IMG/VR virus record: IMGVR_UViG_3300003691_000005
Location: 1-60,912 of that record
Direction: 5' to 3' (one strand)
DNA: 60,912 nt
DNA from: a virus
Taxonomy: Duplodnaviria; Caudoviricetes
In this document: positions 10,201 through 21,800 of the stretch, piece by piece
Layout: every line of letters starts with the position of its first letter
Numbering within the stretch: position 1 is the first letter of the stretch
Made by a program: the position numbers and the translations under genes
Notes under the pieces: model-generated
Databases searched by the model: none
What the model was told of the DNA's origin: nothing
What the model saw: the letters and a program-made list of their open reading frames with translations, nothing else

Positions 10201-10485
10201 ATGCAAGACGTATCAACAATTGACTGGAAACAGCCTTACAGCGAAGTAAAAGAAAGCGATCCTTCGAAAATTGCCAAGCAAAAGGTATTTTTCGAGCAGA
10301 ACGGCATTGATTATAGTGTCCAAGGCAAAGCTATTAATGTGAAGCAAGTTAAGGCTTTCTTTGAAGCTCAAGCTGCTGATGCTCAGAAGGTCGTGGACGC
10401 TGCTACCTTAGCGAATGAAGTCGCTCAGGCTAATATCGACGAGATGCTGAAGGGTGTTGGTGGGTCTGAGAAGAAATCTAAGTAA
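10201..10485 (+). CDS. Hypothetical protein
   Basis: RBS GAGGAG; 94 aa; coupled to the adaptor gene. Confidence 0.65.
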   Translation: MQDVSTIDWKQPYSEVKESDPSKIAKQKVFFEQNGIDYSVQGKAINVKQVKAFFEAQAADAQKVVDAATLANEVAQANIDEMLKGVGGSEKKSK

Positions 10486-11252
10486 TGAGTACATTCCTGG
10501 AATTAGCTCGGGAATGTCGATCGCTGTCTGGTATCGGTGGCACCGGTCCAGTCAGCGTGTTGACTGCCACTGGGATCGAAGCTCGAATAGTCAGTTATGT
10601 GAAAAACGCATGGATTGATATTCAAACTCACCCTAAGTCATGGAAATGGATGTGGGGTCGATATTTAGCCCCAGCCCCAGGCGGTGCGCCTTTGCTAACC
10701 ATATTAAATACTCGCGAGTACACTTTAACAGATGTTCAGGGTATTCGAGTCAGGTCGTTCCGGTCGTATTTGACCGCTACAGGGACAACCGATCGCCAGC
10801 GAATGGTATGGGTGCCTTGGCAGAAATTCGAAGGCCGTTATGGTTTGGTCAATGAAACAGCAAGCAGGCCTATTCAAGCCACTCGAGAGCCTACTGGCGG
10901 GTTGGTTTTTTACCCTAAGCCGAATGATGTTTATTCCATTGAGTTTGAGTATTTCAAAACAGCTCAAGTATTGCTGGATAATGATGATGTTCCTGAAATG
11001 CCTTCTGATTACCACCAATTGATCATTTATGAAGCATTGAAGCGGTTCGGAAAAGCAGAGGATGCCCCTGAGATCATTAAATTAGGTGAGGAAGCTGCTG
11101 GATCTGATGGTAATGAAGGCCGACCAATCTCTGGCTTGTGGCGAGCGCTAATCTGGGACCAGGAATTTAAAGATGCAGGCCTTGAAGGGGAAGATGAACA
11201 TATGACGGTTCGAACGCAATTGACGCCTAGTGGCTTCAACAGTAATTATTAA
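10485..11252 (+). CDS. Head-tail adaptor (tail tubular protein A-like)
   Basis: MSTFLELA N-terminus and YPKPNDVYSIEFEYF...DVPEMPSDYHQLIIYEAL, typical of podovirus adaptors; synteny. Confidence 0.75.
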   Translation: MSTFLELARECRSLSGIGGTGPVSVLTATGIEARIVSYVKNAWIDIQTHPKSWKWMWGRYLAPAPGGAPLLTILNTREYTLTDVQGIRVRSFRSYLTATGTTDRQRMVWVPWQKFEGRYGLVNETASRPIQATREPTGGLVFYPKPNDVYSIEFEYFKTAQVLLDNDDVPEMPSDYHQLIIYEALKRFGKAEDAPEIIKLGEEAAGSDGNEGRPISGLWRALIWDQEFKDAGLEGEDEHMTVRTQLTPSGFNSNY

Positions 11253-13354
11253 TGACTCAGCGCACCTTCTCATTTGCATTGGAGGGCGGTCTTGATTTAA
11301 CGACGCCAGCCTCGAAAATTAAACCTGGGTTCGTTATTTCGGCCAAAAATTACGAGCCTGATGATGAAGGTGGTTATCGACGTATAAGCGGATATGAGCG
11401 CTTTGACGGACTACCAAGCCCTACCGATGCTAATTATTCACTTCTTAATTTTGATGCCGGCTCTGGTTCTGCTGTTGTAGCAACAGATATTATCACTGGA
11501 GCGACATCATCAGCCACCGCTGAAGTATTGTCAGTAACATTAAGCTCAGGATCCTGGGGCGTCGATGCCATTGGTTTTCTTGTAGTATTTAATGTTGTCG
11601 GTGTTTTCCAAAATGATGAAGATATTGAGGTTAGCGCTTCTGTTCGAGCGGTTGCCAATGGCATTGAAAGCCCTCGCGGGTCATTAGATCCTGCTGACGA
11701 TGAGACCAATCAACGAGCGGCGGTAGAGGCTACTCGAGCAGACATCTCTGCTGTGCCAGGTTCCGGGTCGGTTAACGGTGTTTGGTTGTATAACGGCCTT
11801 GTTTACGCGATCAGGAATAACGTTGGCGGCTCTGCTGCTGATATGTATGTTTCAAGCGCTTCAGGCTATGTTCTTATCGATCTTGGTGATTATGTTGATT
11901 ACGATACCGGTGCAATTGAATTATTTACTGAAGGTGAAACGATCACCTTTTCGCCATCAGCCGCGACTGCAGTGGTTGTTGGCGTTGGCGTTACCTCTGG
12001 ATCGACGTCAGGAGGCGACGCAGCTGGTCGTGTGTACCTTAAAACGGTTAGTGGCACCATAACTGCAGCTGACACCATGTTGGGCGGCTCAAGCGCTGCC
12101 ACAGGTAATTGTAATAGCGTTTTAACAGCCACAACACTCCCTATTGATGGTAAGTACGAGTTCAGGACCTATAATTTTGGTGGGTCATCCTCTACGAAAT
12201 ATATGTGGGGAGTTAATGGTGTTGGTCGTGGATTCAGGTTTGACGGCACTGATTTCTCTTATATTCATATAACAGGCCTAACAGACGCTCTTGATAAGCC
12301 AGAGCATATCCACGCGCATAAAAAACAGCTGTTTATGAGTATTCTGGCATCATTACAGCACTCTGGCGTCGGTACTCCGATGATATGGAACGCTGTGTTC
12401 GGTGCTGGCGAGCTCGCGACTGGCGATGTCATTACATCATTACGTGATCAACCGGGTGATATCCTGGGCATTTTCAATAGAAATAGAACGTACCTTTTAT
12501 ACGGCGATGACGCCAATAACTGGGATTTAGTTAACTTTTCCCTTGAGCGCGGTGCAATAGAATGGTCGGTGCAGGATTTAGGCTGGTCCTTCTATGCAGA
12601 CGATCGAGGCATTCAGAACCTGTCACAAACCGACGCTTACGGTGATTTAAAGAGTTCTTCCGTATCTGAACGAGTGGACCCAATATTCCAGCGACAAAAA
12701 CCATTAATTACTGATTCAATTCGAATTAAGTCAAAAAACCAGTACCGGTTATTTTATTCGGATGATACCGCCTTATTAATGCGATGGGATAACACCTCAA
12801 ACGGTCGCGGTAATATGCGGCATAAATTCATGGTTATTCAATATTCTCATAAAGTAGAATCTATTTGCGCTGAAGAAGACTTAAATGGATTTGAACAGGT
12901 GTATTTCGGCTCAGACGATGGCTTTGTTTACCATGCTGAAAAAGGAGATTCATTTGATGGTGCTTTAATTGATTACAATATTAGATTAGCGTTCTGCCAT
13001 TGCAGTGATGCAAGAAAAAAGAAGCGATTCCATAAAGCAACAATTCAAATAGATGCGCTGGACATTCCTATATTACAATTTTCACCGGAATTTTCTTACG
13101 GATCAACAGATCAACCGGCTCCCAGTGTGTTCGATTTCCCAGAAGGCACGCTAAATGTTGGTGGCGGTATTTGGGGTGAGACTTTTTGGGGTGACTTTAT
13201 TTGGGACGGTCAGTTAGTCGGTGAAGCCCAAGCCTATATTGATGGCCAGGGTATAAACGTGTCGCTGTTAATCCAGGGTTCGTCTAATTACGAGCGATCG
13301 CATGTTCTCCAGTCTTTAACCTATAACTATTCAACTCGAGGCCTGCAAAGATAA
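11252..13354 (+). CDS. Tail nozzle / DNA stabilisation protein (tail tubular protein B-like)
   Basis: GGLDL N-terminus, beta-propeller-like 700-aa protein, position after the adaptor. Confidence 0.75.
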   Translation: MTQRTFSFALEGGLDLTTPASKIKPGFVISAKNYEPDDEGGYRRISGYERFDGLPSPTDANYSLLNFDAGSGSAVVATDIITGATSSATAEVLSVTLSSGSWGVDAIGFLVVFNVVGVFQNDEDIEVSASVRAVANGIESPRGSLDPADDETNQRAAVEATRADISAVPGSGSVNGVWLYNGLVYAIRNNVGGSAADMYVSSASGYVLIDLGDYVDYDTGAIELFTEGETITFSPSAATAVVVGVGVTSGSTSGGDAAGRVYLKTVSGTITAADTMLGGSSAATGNCNSVLTATTLPIDGKYEFRTYNFGGSSSTKYMWGVNGVGRGFRFDGTDFSYIHITGLTDALDKPEHIHAHKKQLFMSILASLQHSGVGTPMIWNAVFGAGELATGDVITSLRDQPGDILGIFNRNRTYLLYGDDANNWDLVNFSLERGAIEWSVQDLGWSFYADDRGIQNLSQTDAYGDLKSSSVSERVDPIFQRQKPLITDSIRIKSKNQYRLFYSDDTALLMRWDNTSNGRGNMRHKFMVIQYSHKVESICAEEDLNGFEQVYFGSDDGFVYHAEKGDSFDGALIDYNIRLAFCHCSDARKKKRFHKATIQIDALDIPILQFSPEFSYGSTDQPAPSVFDFPEGTLNVGGGIWGETFWGDFIWDGQLVGEAQAYIDGQGINVSLLIQGSSNYERSHVLQSLTYNYSTRGLQR

Positions 13355-14697
13355 TGGCAAACGGATATTTTAATCACGCAACAAACGTCATTACCAGTGG
13401 TGTAAGAGCACTGGCAGCTCAGGTCAACAATATTGCGACTGAGATCGCATTAGGCTTTGATAAATTCCCTACTGAATCTGAGTTAAAAACGAATACAACT
13501 ATTTACGCGGGTGACGATACGGGCGTGGCTGACGCCTATGTGGTGGCGCTTACCTACACTCCAACTCTTTCGGATGGATTGAACTTCTTCTGGAAGGCAA
13601 AAAACGCAAATACTGGTGCCTCCACTATTAATGTAAATGCATTAGGTGCAAAAACGATATTACTGGCCAGTGGTGCTGCGTTGCAAAGTGGCGACATTCT
13701 GCTTAATCAGCAATTATGGGTTGCTTATGAATCAGTGAGTGATTCGTTTCGTATTATGTCTCAATCAAGCTCTGCAGGCGGCGGCGGCGGCAATGCAACA
13801 ACGATTGCTTTATTAGATGAAAGTTCTGATACCACGAATTTTATCCCATACGCTCCTGACGCCATCGGCAACCAACCATTGAGATCAGGAACGAATCTAA
13901 CGTTTAATGCAGCTACCGGCGATTTAGGGGTGACAACCGTTAATGGCCGTACTGTAGAGTCTGATGGCGGCAAATTAGACGGAATAGAAACAGCTGCTAC
14001 GGCAGATCAAACTGATGCAGAAATACGGGCGGCGGTTGAAGCGGCGGGTGATTCTAATGTTTTTGATGACGCCGATCATTCAAAATTAGATGCAATAGAG
14101 CCCTCTGCCACAGCCGATCAATCTAATGCAGAAATTAGATCAGCAGTGGAAGCGGCAACTGACAGTAATGTATTCACTGATGCCGACCATACGCTGCTAA
14201 ACACTATGATCGACCTGATTCACCCTATCGGTGACATTAAAGTTACTGTTGGCAATGTGAATCCAGGTGTCACGCTTGCGGGTACTACATGGACTCAAAT
14301 ATCAAAAGGCCGTGCATTAGTTGGTGAAGGCCCTAATGCAGAGTCGGGTTTAACTACCAGAGTAGGTGGTGACACTATTGGTGTTGAGGATTCAGTTGTT
14401 GTATCCCACACTCACCCTATTGACCATGACCACCCCAACCCAACGACCAGCTCCAACGGTGACCATACACATACTGGAGGTATCTCAACAGCCTCCCAAA
14501 AAGCTCCAACGGGGACTAATCAAACTCAAGTTGTAGTCTCTGCTAGTAACGCCACTGGTACTGATGGTGACCATACCCACACAGTTAACATAGAATCTCT
14601 GGCAGATACATCAGGTGCAGCTAGTAGCGGTGTGTCGGGGACAGATAAGAATATGCAGCCCTCATTGGTTGTTTATATCTGGGAGCGAACAGCGTAA
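13354..14697 (+). CDS. Tail fibre protein
   Basis: NTGASTINVNALGAKTI motif, duplicated KLDxIE...TADQ repeat, HTH-repeat tip region, and C-terminal NMQPSLVVYIWERTA (collar/gp10-C-like). Confidence 0.8.
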   Translation: MANGYFNHATNVITSGVRALAAQVNNIATEIALGFDKFPTESELKTNTTIYAGDDTGVADAYVVALTYTPTLSDGLNFFWKAKNANTGASTINVNALGAKTILLASGAALQSGDILLNQQLWVAYESVSDSFRIMSQSSSAGGGGGNATTIALLDESSDTTNFIPYAPDAIGNQPLRSGTNLTFNAATGDLGVTTVNGRTVESDGGKLDGIETAATADQTDAEIRAAVEAAGDSNVFDDADHSKLDAIEPSATADQSNAEIRSAVEAATDSNVFTDADHTLLNTMIDLIHPIGDIKVTVGNVNPGVTLAGTTWTQISKGRALVGEGPNAESGLTTRVGGDTIGVEDSVVVSHTHPIDHDHPNPTTSSNGDHTHTGGISTASQKAPTGTNQTQVVVSASNATGTDGDHTHTVNIESLADTSGAASSGVSGTDKNMQPSLVVYIWERTA

Positions 14698-14744
14698 TGA
14701 GTGGTAATATCATTTCAATTTAATTTGTATTTTCGGAGATAGTT

Positions 14745-16055
14745 ATGGGCATGTTGGAAGATGCGGCGTCAAGCCAGCAAAGCGCTTTTAAAGGTGCTCC
14801 AGATGGTAACGGTGGCGTATTGGCCAATCACACTGGAACAGGCACTGTTACCCCTGACGGTAATTGGGGCGGGACTCCTGGTCCTGACTCAATAGCAGGA
14901 ACACCAGTGACTCCCGGTAGTGGCTATAATGAAGCGTTTCCTGGAACGCCAGAAACCAGCGCTGTTGATAACTTGCCTGATGTTGCCGGGAACTTACCTG
15001 ATGTTAACACCAGTATTGACCCGACTGCCTTTGCTTCTGGTTCGGCTCAGCAATCGCAGGTTCAAACACTTCAGCCACCGACAGACATCGACGCGGCAAA
15101 TATTGGTGAATACTCTGCTTACGAATCAAATGCAGGAACGCTTGACGACAAATCTACGGTAGAAGGCCGGTTAAATGGATTACTGTCTCAAAACGGTGAT
15201 TACATTAAACGAGCCCGTACCAGCGCGTCACAAATGGCCAATCGAAGCGGTATGTTAAATACCTCGATGGCAGCCGGTGCTGCAGAAGGCGCGGCGATCG
15301 ATCGAGCATTACCTATTGCTCAACAAGACGCGGCGGCTATGAAAGAGCAGGAATTTTTAAATCAAGGTTATAGCGAAGACGCGGCTAAATACTTAGCTGA
15401 GCAGTCGGTCGAACGAGAGAACCTGGACGCTGGACTGAAGCAAGATACCAATCAATTCAATGCAACCCAGAAGTTCGAAGCTGACAAGCTGAATCAAGCT
15501 GCTACTAATACCTCTAACAGGGAATTTACAGCTGCGGAAAATAAGCAGAATTTTGCTGTATTGTCGGCCGATCTTCAGGGCCAGTTAGCGGGTATCGATA
15601 ATAAGCTCGCCCAGAACCTGGAGCAAATGACTCAAGAGTATGGGTTACTTGAAAATCTCGACAGCGTTAATGGTGCTATTTACCAGCAAATGGTTTCTGA
15701 GATCGGGACTATTCTCGCAAATGAGGACCGCCCGGACGTTGCAGAAGCCAAGATCAATGCGTTAATTGAAGCATCTGGTGTTGAATTTGAATTTTCTTCT
15801 GGCCAATCATCGGCTCTTAGCGAGTTAGAGACTACGCCAGATCCCGTGAGTAGCAACACTGTTAATTCCGAAGACGGTAACGGTGGCGATGGTAATGCCG
15901 GGCAAGATGGTCCAGATAATGATGACAATGATGCTAATAATGCTGGATTTGACGGTTTTGGGCCAGATCAGCAAGACGCCGACAATACTCCAGGCTACGG
16001 AGACGACTACGGCTACGGTGGTGAGCCTGATGAAGGCCCAGAGTCTTACCATTAA
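14745..16055 (+). CDS. Internal virion (ejection) protein
   Basis: Low-complexity G/N/D termini with a central Ala/Gln coiled coil (GMLNTSMAAGAAEGAAID); position after the tail genes. Confidence 0.65.
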   Translation: MGMLEDAASSQQSAFKGAPDGNGGVLANHTGTGTVTPDGNWGGTPGPDSIAGTPVTPGSGYNEAFPGTPETSAVDNLPDVAGNLPDVNTSIDPTAFASGSAQQSQVQTLQPPTDIDAANIGEYSAYESNAGTLDDKSTVEGRLNGLLSQNGDYIKRARTSASQMANRSGMLNTSMAAGAAEGAAIDRALPIAQQDAAAMKEQEFLNQGYSEDAAKYLAEQSVERENLDAGLKQDTNQFNATQKFEADKLNQAATNTSNREFTAAENKQNFAVLSADLQGQLAGIDNKLAQNLEQMTQEYGLLENLDSVNGAIYQQMVSEIGTILANEDRPDVAEAKINALIEASGVEFEFSSGQSSALSELETTPDPVSSNTVNSEDGNGGDGNAGQDGPDNDDNDANNAGFDGFGPDQQDADNTPGYGDDYGYGGEPDEGPESYH

Positions 16056-16067
16056 GAGATGAAATAA

Positions 16068-16499
16068 ATGCTAATTCGTGACGCAACATTCCGTGATTTA
16101 GAGTCTCTTTTGCCGCTAGCTCGAGAAGCGTTATTAAACTCAGTGTTTGCTGGCCTCGAAGTCGATGAGTCGGTGATCCAGCGTAGCTACGTTACAGCGA
16201 TGCAATTTGACGATGGTTTTGCTAAAGTGGTTACCAGTAAAGGCGAGGTCGTTGGCGGGATGATTGGTATAGTCACGAATAATCATTTAGGCCTTAGATG
16301 CGCGATTGACCTGTTCACGTATTCCCGTATGGGCACAGACAGATTGATTAAACTTTTTAAACAATGGGCCAAAAAGAAAGAAGTACAGTTTATACAAATC
16401 ACTGATCTTTCGGGCAAGAAGCGATATCAGAAACTTATTACTAGCTTAGGTTTTGAATCAGCTGGCACTAACTTTATTGGAGTAATTCAAAATGGGTGA
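16068..16499 (+). CDS. GNAT-fold acetyltransferase-like protein
   Basis: IRDATFRDL N-terminus, GEVVGGMIG, LGFESAG; common among podovirus ejection genes. Confidence 0.7.
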   Translation: MLIRDATFRDLESLLPLAREALLNSVFAGLEVDESVIQRSYVTAMQFDDGFAKVVTSKGEVVGGMIGIVTNNHLGLRCAIDLFTYSRMGTDRLIKLFKQWAKKKEVQFIQITDLSGKKRYQKLITSLGFESAGTNFIGVIQNG

Positions 16500-17199
16500 A
16501 ACAGTCGTATCACAAGTAATCGTCGGGGCGCTGGTTTCGCAAGCCGCAACAGTAGTCGCTGAGCGAATAGGGCTTAGCCCGTCAGCTGCAGGCCTTGTTG
16601 GTGTGATGGCTGGGGTATACGCCGGAACCGAAATGGTTGGAACTGAACCGCCTGCAGATGTAGTAGCAGCGCCTGGTGATGTTGCAGCACCGCAAGTTGC
16701 CGCGCCAGAAGTGGCACCAGCGGGAGCCCCAGTAGACGCTATGTCGAACATTGGCGTGGGACAAACGGCAAATAACAATCCGGGTGATCTTGCGACCGGT
16801 GGCGATAATAGTGGGCTTGGTAACAACCCATTAACGCCCAATCCAGCGAATAGAGCGCCAGAAGGCATGCTAAGCCAGCCAAATCCAGCAGTGACACCGA
16901 CAGTGACACCAACAGCGGCACCAACCGGTGATACAGCTGACTCTCTGATAAAAGCTGGTACAACGCCCGGACCCAATCAAACAAAGCAAAGCTGGTGGGA
17001 TAAGTTAATGAATTCCGAAAAAACGGCAGATATGCTTGTTGCCGGTATCGGTGGTATAGCCTCTGCAGGAATGGCCAAAGAAGATAGAGAATATGCACAG
17101 CGGGTGAATGAAGGTAATGCCGCGCTTTGGTCAGCGTCTAATACTAGTGGCGGAATGTTATCATTGAGCCGAAATACACCATCACAAGGCGGAGGTTAA
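16492..17199 (+). CDS. Internal virion (ejection) protein
   Basis: Hydrophobic Gly/Ala N-terminus, Pro/Thr-rich linker. Confidence 0.6.
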   Translation: MGETVVSQVIVGALVSQAATVVAERIGLSPSAAGLVGVMAGVYAGTEMVGTEPPADVVAAPGDVAAPQVAAPEVAPAGAPVDAMSNIGVGQTANNNPGDLATGGDNSGLGNNPLTPNPANRAPEGMLSQPNPAVTPTVTPTAAPTGDTADSLIKAGTTPGPNQTKQSWWDKLMNSEKTADMLVAGIGGIASAGMAKEDREYAQRVNEGNAALWSASNTSGGMLSLSRNTPSQGGG

Positions 17200-17203
17200 C
17201 GCT

Positions 17204-17797
17204 ATGCCTGGAATGTTAAGTCAACCACAAGGTGCACCACCACAAGCACCACAACCGAGTTCAGGCCCAGTTACGCAGACTCCTCCCGAAGCGGGCCCTG
17301 GCGCAGGGAATCCCTCCCGTGACGGTGCACCTGGGTCTGGACAACCCCAGGACGTCGAGGAGCTGAAGAAACAGGCTATTAAATTGGTTTACGGAGAACG
17401 CTTCGACCAATTGATTAAAATGTTTGAAACCAATGGAACCGATGGTTTTCCTCGTTCGATGGCGATAGCTGTCAATACGGCGCTGGATTCACTTGAAAAA
17501 GAGAATGGGCCCCTTCCACAGGAACAAGCTGCCGATGTTGGCATGCATCTTATGATGAAGCTCATGGAAGATATAATAGCCGATGGAGTGTTGCCTGACG
17601 TGACGCTAGAGCAGGCTAACGAGGCGCTACCAGCTACGTTGGTCATGTATGCTGACTCGCACCCAGATGTCAGTAAAGAAGACGTACAGATGCTTGTGAA
17701 GCAGGTTGCTGAAGGCGTAGCACAAGCCCAGCCTGGAGGAGAAGCACAACCCCCAGCAGAACCAGTACCTCAACTGCCACCGACTGGAGCAATGTAA
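17204..17797 (+). CDS. Hypothetical virion/ejection-associated protein
   Basis: Pro/Gln-rich termini with a helical core; lies in the ejection cluster. Confidence 0.6.
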   Translation: MPGMLSQPQGAPPQAPQPSSGPVTQTPPEAGPGAGNPSRDGAPGSGQPQDVEELKKQAIKLVYGERFDQLIKMFETNGTDGFPRSMAIAVNTALDSLEKENGPLPQEQAADVGMHLMMKLMEDIIADGVLPDVTLEQANEALPATLVMYADSHPDVSKEDVQMLVKQVAEGVAQAQPGGEAQPPAEPVPQLPPTGAM

Positions 17798-18897
17798 TGG
17801 GAATGCTAGCATTAGGTGCCATGAAAGGGGCTTCTGACGAGTATTTAAAGCAGGGCGATGAGAAGCGTAAAAGCAAGTATCAGGAAATTCGCGATCGCCG
17901 GTTAGCTGAGATTCAATCAGATCAAAACATTCAGCGTGCAGAATTGACGTCAACTGAGGCTCAGCGAGCTGAAGGAGTGGCACAGATAGCTACTGAGCAG
18001 AACCAAGGTTATCTTTCTAAAGAAGCTGAATTAGCAGGGGCTCGAAAGACAAACGATAATCGAGATACTATTAAAGGTCGATCAGATGATAACCGAGCCA
18101 ATATAGATGCGAGTCTCCACAACGCCCCAACAGATGTAAACACCTATGACTCAAAAGGGAATTTAATACAACAAGGAGTGCCAGATCCCGCTACCGGCGG
18201 AGCAGGGTCAGCAGCTAATCTGCAATTTATGCACGAGTCTGTCGAGCTTAAAAGTGCTGGTGAAGCGGGCACTGGCACGCGTAGAAAGTCAGGTGATTTG
18301 TATAAAGAATGGCGGAAACTGGCTTATGACGAACATGAAGATGAAATGGGTAAAACCTTTTCACGTAATGATGAACTTGACTGGGTAGCCTGGCATAACT
18401 CTATGGTAATCGACGCAGATTATTTAAAGCCAAGCGACCCAAAATATTTGGTTGGTGACCCAGATGCATTACTCGAGCTCGCAGAGAAGGACACTCCTAA
18501 CTTTCAGTACAAACGGGAAGCATCAATCGCTAAACTTAAAGAACAGTACCCTTGGTGGAATGGACCAGAAAAAAAGAGCGGCGGCATGCTATCAAGCGGA
18601 GCTAGCCAAGATCCCAGAAATACAGAACCTGATGCTGAAAAAACACCCGGAACACCACCTGATGACAGCTTAGGTATAGTCTCTCAAGGCTCAGGCGGTC
18701 AAGGGGAGAGCAATCAAGCTCCGCGTGGAGTAACGTCACGCAATGCTATTACTGGTCCTTTAAGGAAAAAGTTGATTAAACTAGAAGCTGAATTAGCTGC
18801 GCTGTCAACAAAGGGAGGTCGAGCTGGATCCGGTTCTAAAGCGAAGGTGTTGCAAAATGAGATTAACACCATCGAAGGAATGTTAAGTGGAGAATAA
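17797..18897 (+). CDS. Internal virion (ejection) protein
   Basis: N-terminal GMLALGAMKG followed by coiled coil; coupled TAATG. Confidence 0.6.
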   Translation: MGMLALGAMKGASDEYLKQGDEKRKSKYQEIRDRRLAEIQSDQNIQRAELTSTEAQRAEGVAQIATEQNQGYLSKEAELAGARKTNDNRDTIKGRSDDNRANIDASLHNAPTDVNTYDSKGNLIQQGVPDPATGGAGSAANLQFMHESVELKSAGEAGTGTRRKSGDLYKEWRKLAYDEHEDEMGKTFSRNDELDWVAWHNSMVIDADYLKPSDPKYLVGDPDALLELAEKDTPNFQYKREASIAKLKEQYPWWNGPEKKSGGMLSSGASQDPRNTEPDAEKTPGTPPDDSLGIVSQGSGGQGESNQAPRGVTSRNAITGPLRKKLIKLEAELAALSTKGGRAGSGSKAKVLQNEINTIEGMLSGE

Positions 18898-21800
18898 TCA
18901 AGATTATTTTGATAAATATTTTCCTTCACCAGCAGGCTCTAATAACCCGGCTACTGATGACGGCTCTACTGATGGCGGCCTTAGTCAAGGAGCTGATGGC
19001 GAAACATCTGCTTATCTAGCTAAATACTTCCCAGATCCCGGTGGAACACCACCAGCACCAGAGCCGGTTCCAGAACCTGGCCTGCTTGATCCTGTTGCTA
19101 ACATTGGCGAAGGTATTGCTGAGCGTACTGCTTCGATACTGGGTAATATGGTTGGTTTCGCTGAAACAGCTGGTGAAAATGTTGAGAACGCGGCCGGTGT
19201 TCTTGATTGGGTGCCACAATTGGGCGGCGTCACTTATGACGAACAAGGTCTTCAATACCTAAACCCCACTGAATGGGAAGAATTCAATTCCGGTGGTGGC
19301 GAGAAAATACTTCGAAACCTACAAGAGAGCCTGACAAACTCTGACTTTGGTTATGACCCAGGGACTACTTGGGAAGACTTTAAGTCGGCTGATGGCTTAT
19401 TAGATAGCACTATTCAATTATCTGCTTTTGGCCTTGAGAACGGCCTTATATCAATCGCTGATATGGCTGGATCGCTGGTTAATCTACCTGCTTACATGGT
19501 ATCTCGAGGCGAGGAAATCGCTCAAGAACGGGCAAAAAATCAAGGTCACGCCTCTCCTACCCCAGAAGATCTCGCTATTGGCACAGCGGTAGCTGCTTTC
19601 GTTTCTGCATCAGAAAAATTTGGTGCTGAAAAAGTATTAGCTGCCTTCGTCAAAGGCGGTGGGGCGGTAAAGAAAATATTAAAAGCGGCCTTCACTGAGG
19701 CAGGTACTGAGGCGATCCAGGAGCCTTTTGAATACGTTGGTGAGACTTACGGCACTCCAGTAGAGCAAGGCATGACCCGTGAAGAATATCGTGCGGCGTC
19801 GGCTGAGCGATCTTTGCAAGGTGCGGCCGGTGGTTTCTTTGGTGGTGGTGTGATTTCGTCACCAAGCGCGTTAATGAGCGGAAAGGATGATCCTGTTGAT
19901 GATCCGATATCTCCTACTGTACAACCTCTTAGTGAGAATCAGAACACCATAACTGATGCTTTAGCCGCATCAGCTGGGAATATAGCGGCAAGTAACCGGG
20001 CTCAGATGAACGCTGATGAGCTGGCCCAGCTTGATGCTCAGCAGGAAGAAGCCAGAACAAACCAAACAGCCCGGATGGAGCAAGAAGTTGCGGAGATTGA
20101 TGCTCAAGAGCAGGTCTATAAAACACCCGCACATGCAAGGCTAGCTCAGCTTAAGTTAGAAAATCAATTCGGATCAACCAAACTAAGGGCGGTTAAGAAT
20201 CGCGCTGGTGAATGGGTTCTGCAAAAACCGGTAACTAGCGGTGCCTCTGAGCTATTGAAAGTAACAGGACTTGATTCTGGATTTGAGCCGGTCACAGTGT
20301 CCTTACCTGAAAGGCTTACTGGGCGAGAGCCATTAAATCCCGAAAGGCGCGGCGAGCAACCGGTTGAAAGGACCGATCTTGAGCCGACTACGAATAGAGA
20401 TGACTTATTAAAGCCAACTGAGCCGAAACCTGTTGAATCTATCGACTCTGTTGAATCTAAGATTCCAGAACGACTAGTGGGCCGGCCTCCTTTAAGGAAT
20501 GCCCATAACAATACTGGCATTGAAGTTGAGGAACTAGTACCAGAAGATATTAGTAATGAAGGATTACCTCAAATTGGCGTCAGTGATGTCGTAGCTGATG
20601 AAGAAATTGATATTGACGATATTGCCTCTGAAGAAATTGATATTCAGGGTAAGCGGATTTATATCCCTAAAGATGAGAGGGTTCCACGTGAAACCCCAGC
20701 AGCAGATCCTCTTGACGCTAAAAAGGCAGCTGAAAAAACAGCTAAAGAACAAAAATATAAGTCAGGCTTGGCTGTTAAAGTAGCTGTTAGAAAACTAGAA
20801 AAGGATCACGGTTCCACGGATCTAGTACCGGTTAGGAACGACAGAAAGGGCGAGTGGGAATTAACCAGCAAAAGCATGGCTGATGTTATTCGCATGCAAA
20901 ACGAGAGTGATGCTAAAAACCCTAAGCCACCAACTCCACCAGAAGACGATGGTGGATCACCGGTTGAGCCATCTGATAAACCTAATACGGATAGCGGTGG
21001 TAATGGAAGTGATTTTGATATATCCAATGTTAAGCGCCCTAATGGAGCAATTGGCACCCAGGGTGTTACTGAGGAAAGCGTTAGGGATCTTCTGAAAAAC
21101 GTAGCAGGGATGGACGTTAATGATGGTATGACCATGAAAGAAATGGTTGAATCGTTTAAAGCAAATCCAGAGGCTCAACAGAAGTTACGAGATTTTACCG
21201 CTAAAAACCCGGTTCAAATCGACACTTTACCCGATGGGACATATCACCTCGAAGATGGTCATCATAGGACGTTTTTGTTAGATCAGGCTGGTGATACAAC
21301 TGTGTCGGCTAATTTAGATGGTGCGGCAGCTCCATCACCAACGGATAAGCCTGGACCATCTGACGATCAGGTAGCGGCCAGTAAAGAGTTAGAAAAAGTA
21401 ACGGCTGAACTGGATAAGATGCCGAAGAATTTTGACATCAATGACGATCCCGACGTGGTTGGCAGGGCTCAGGAATTAATAAAGAAAAAACGGGACCTAA
21501 CAGACGTCGTTGAAGGCGGGTTATCTGCGGAAGACGCTAAGACCGAACGGGCTCGTTTAATCGCAGAATTATGGGAAAAAGGTAAAACTGGTAACAGATC
21601 TCAAACTCTGTCCCAGCTACAAAAGAAACTGGATGAAGCAAGTACCCCTGATGCCGATGCACCGGGAAAGCCTTTTGATCGTAGTGCTTATCGAAGAAAG
21701 CTCGATAGCATGAGTAATACGGTTCTTAAAAAATTCGCCAAAGACGCCCGATTAAAGCAAGCTGGGACCACAGAAGAACTTAAAGAAAGAATTACAACTG

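Noticed and set aside
13970-14190. Tandem repeat in the tail fibre as a novel element
   Set aside because: It is an ordinary in-frame shaft repeat (KLDxIE...ADQ...DSNVF) common in aquatic phage fibres.
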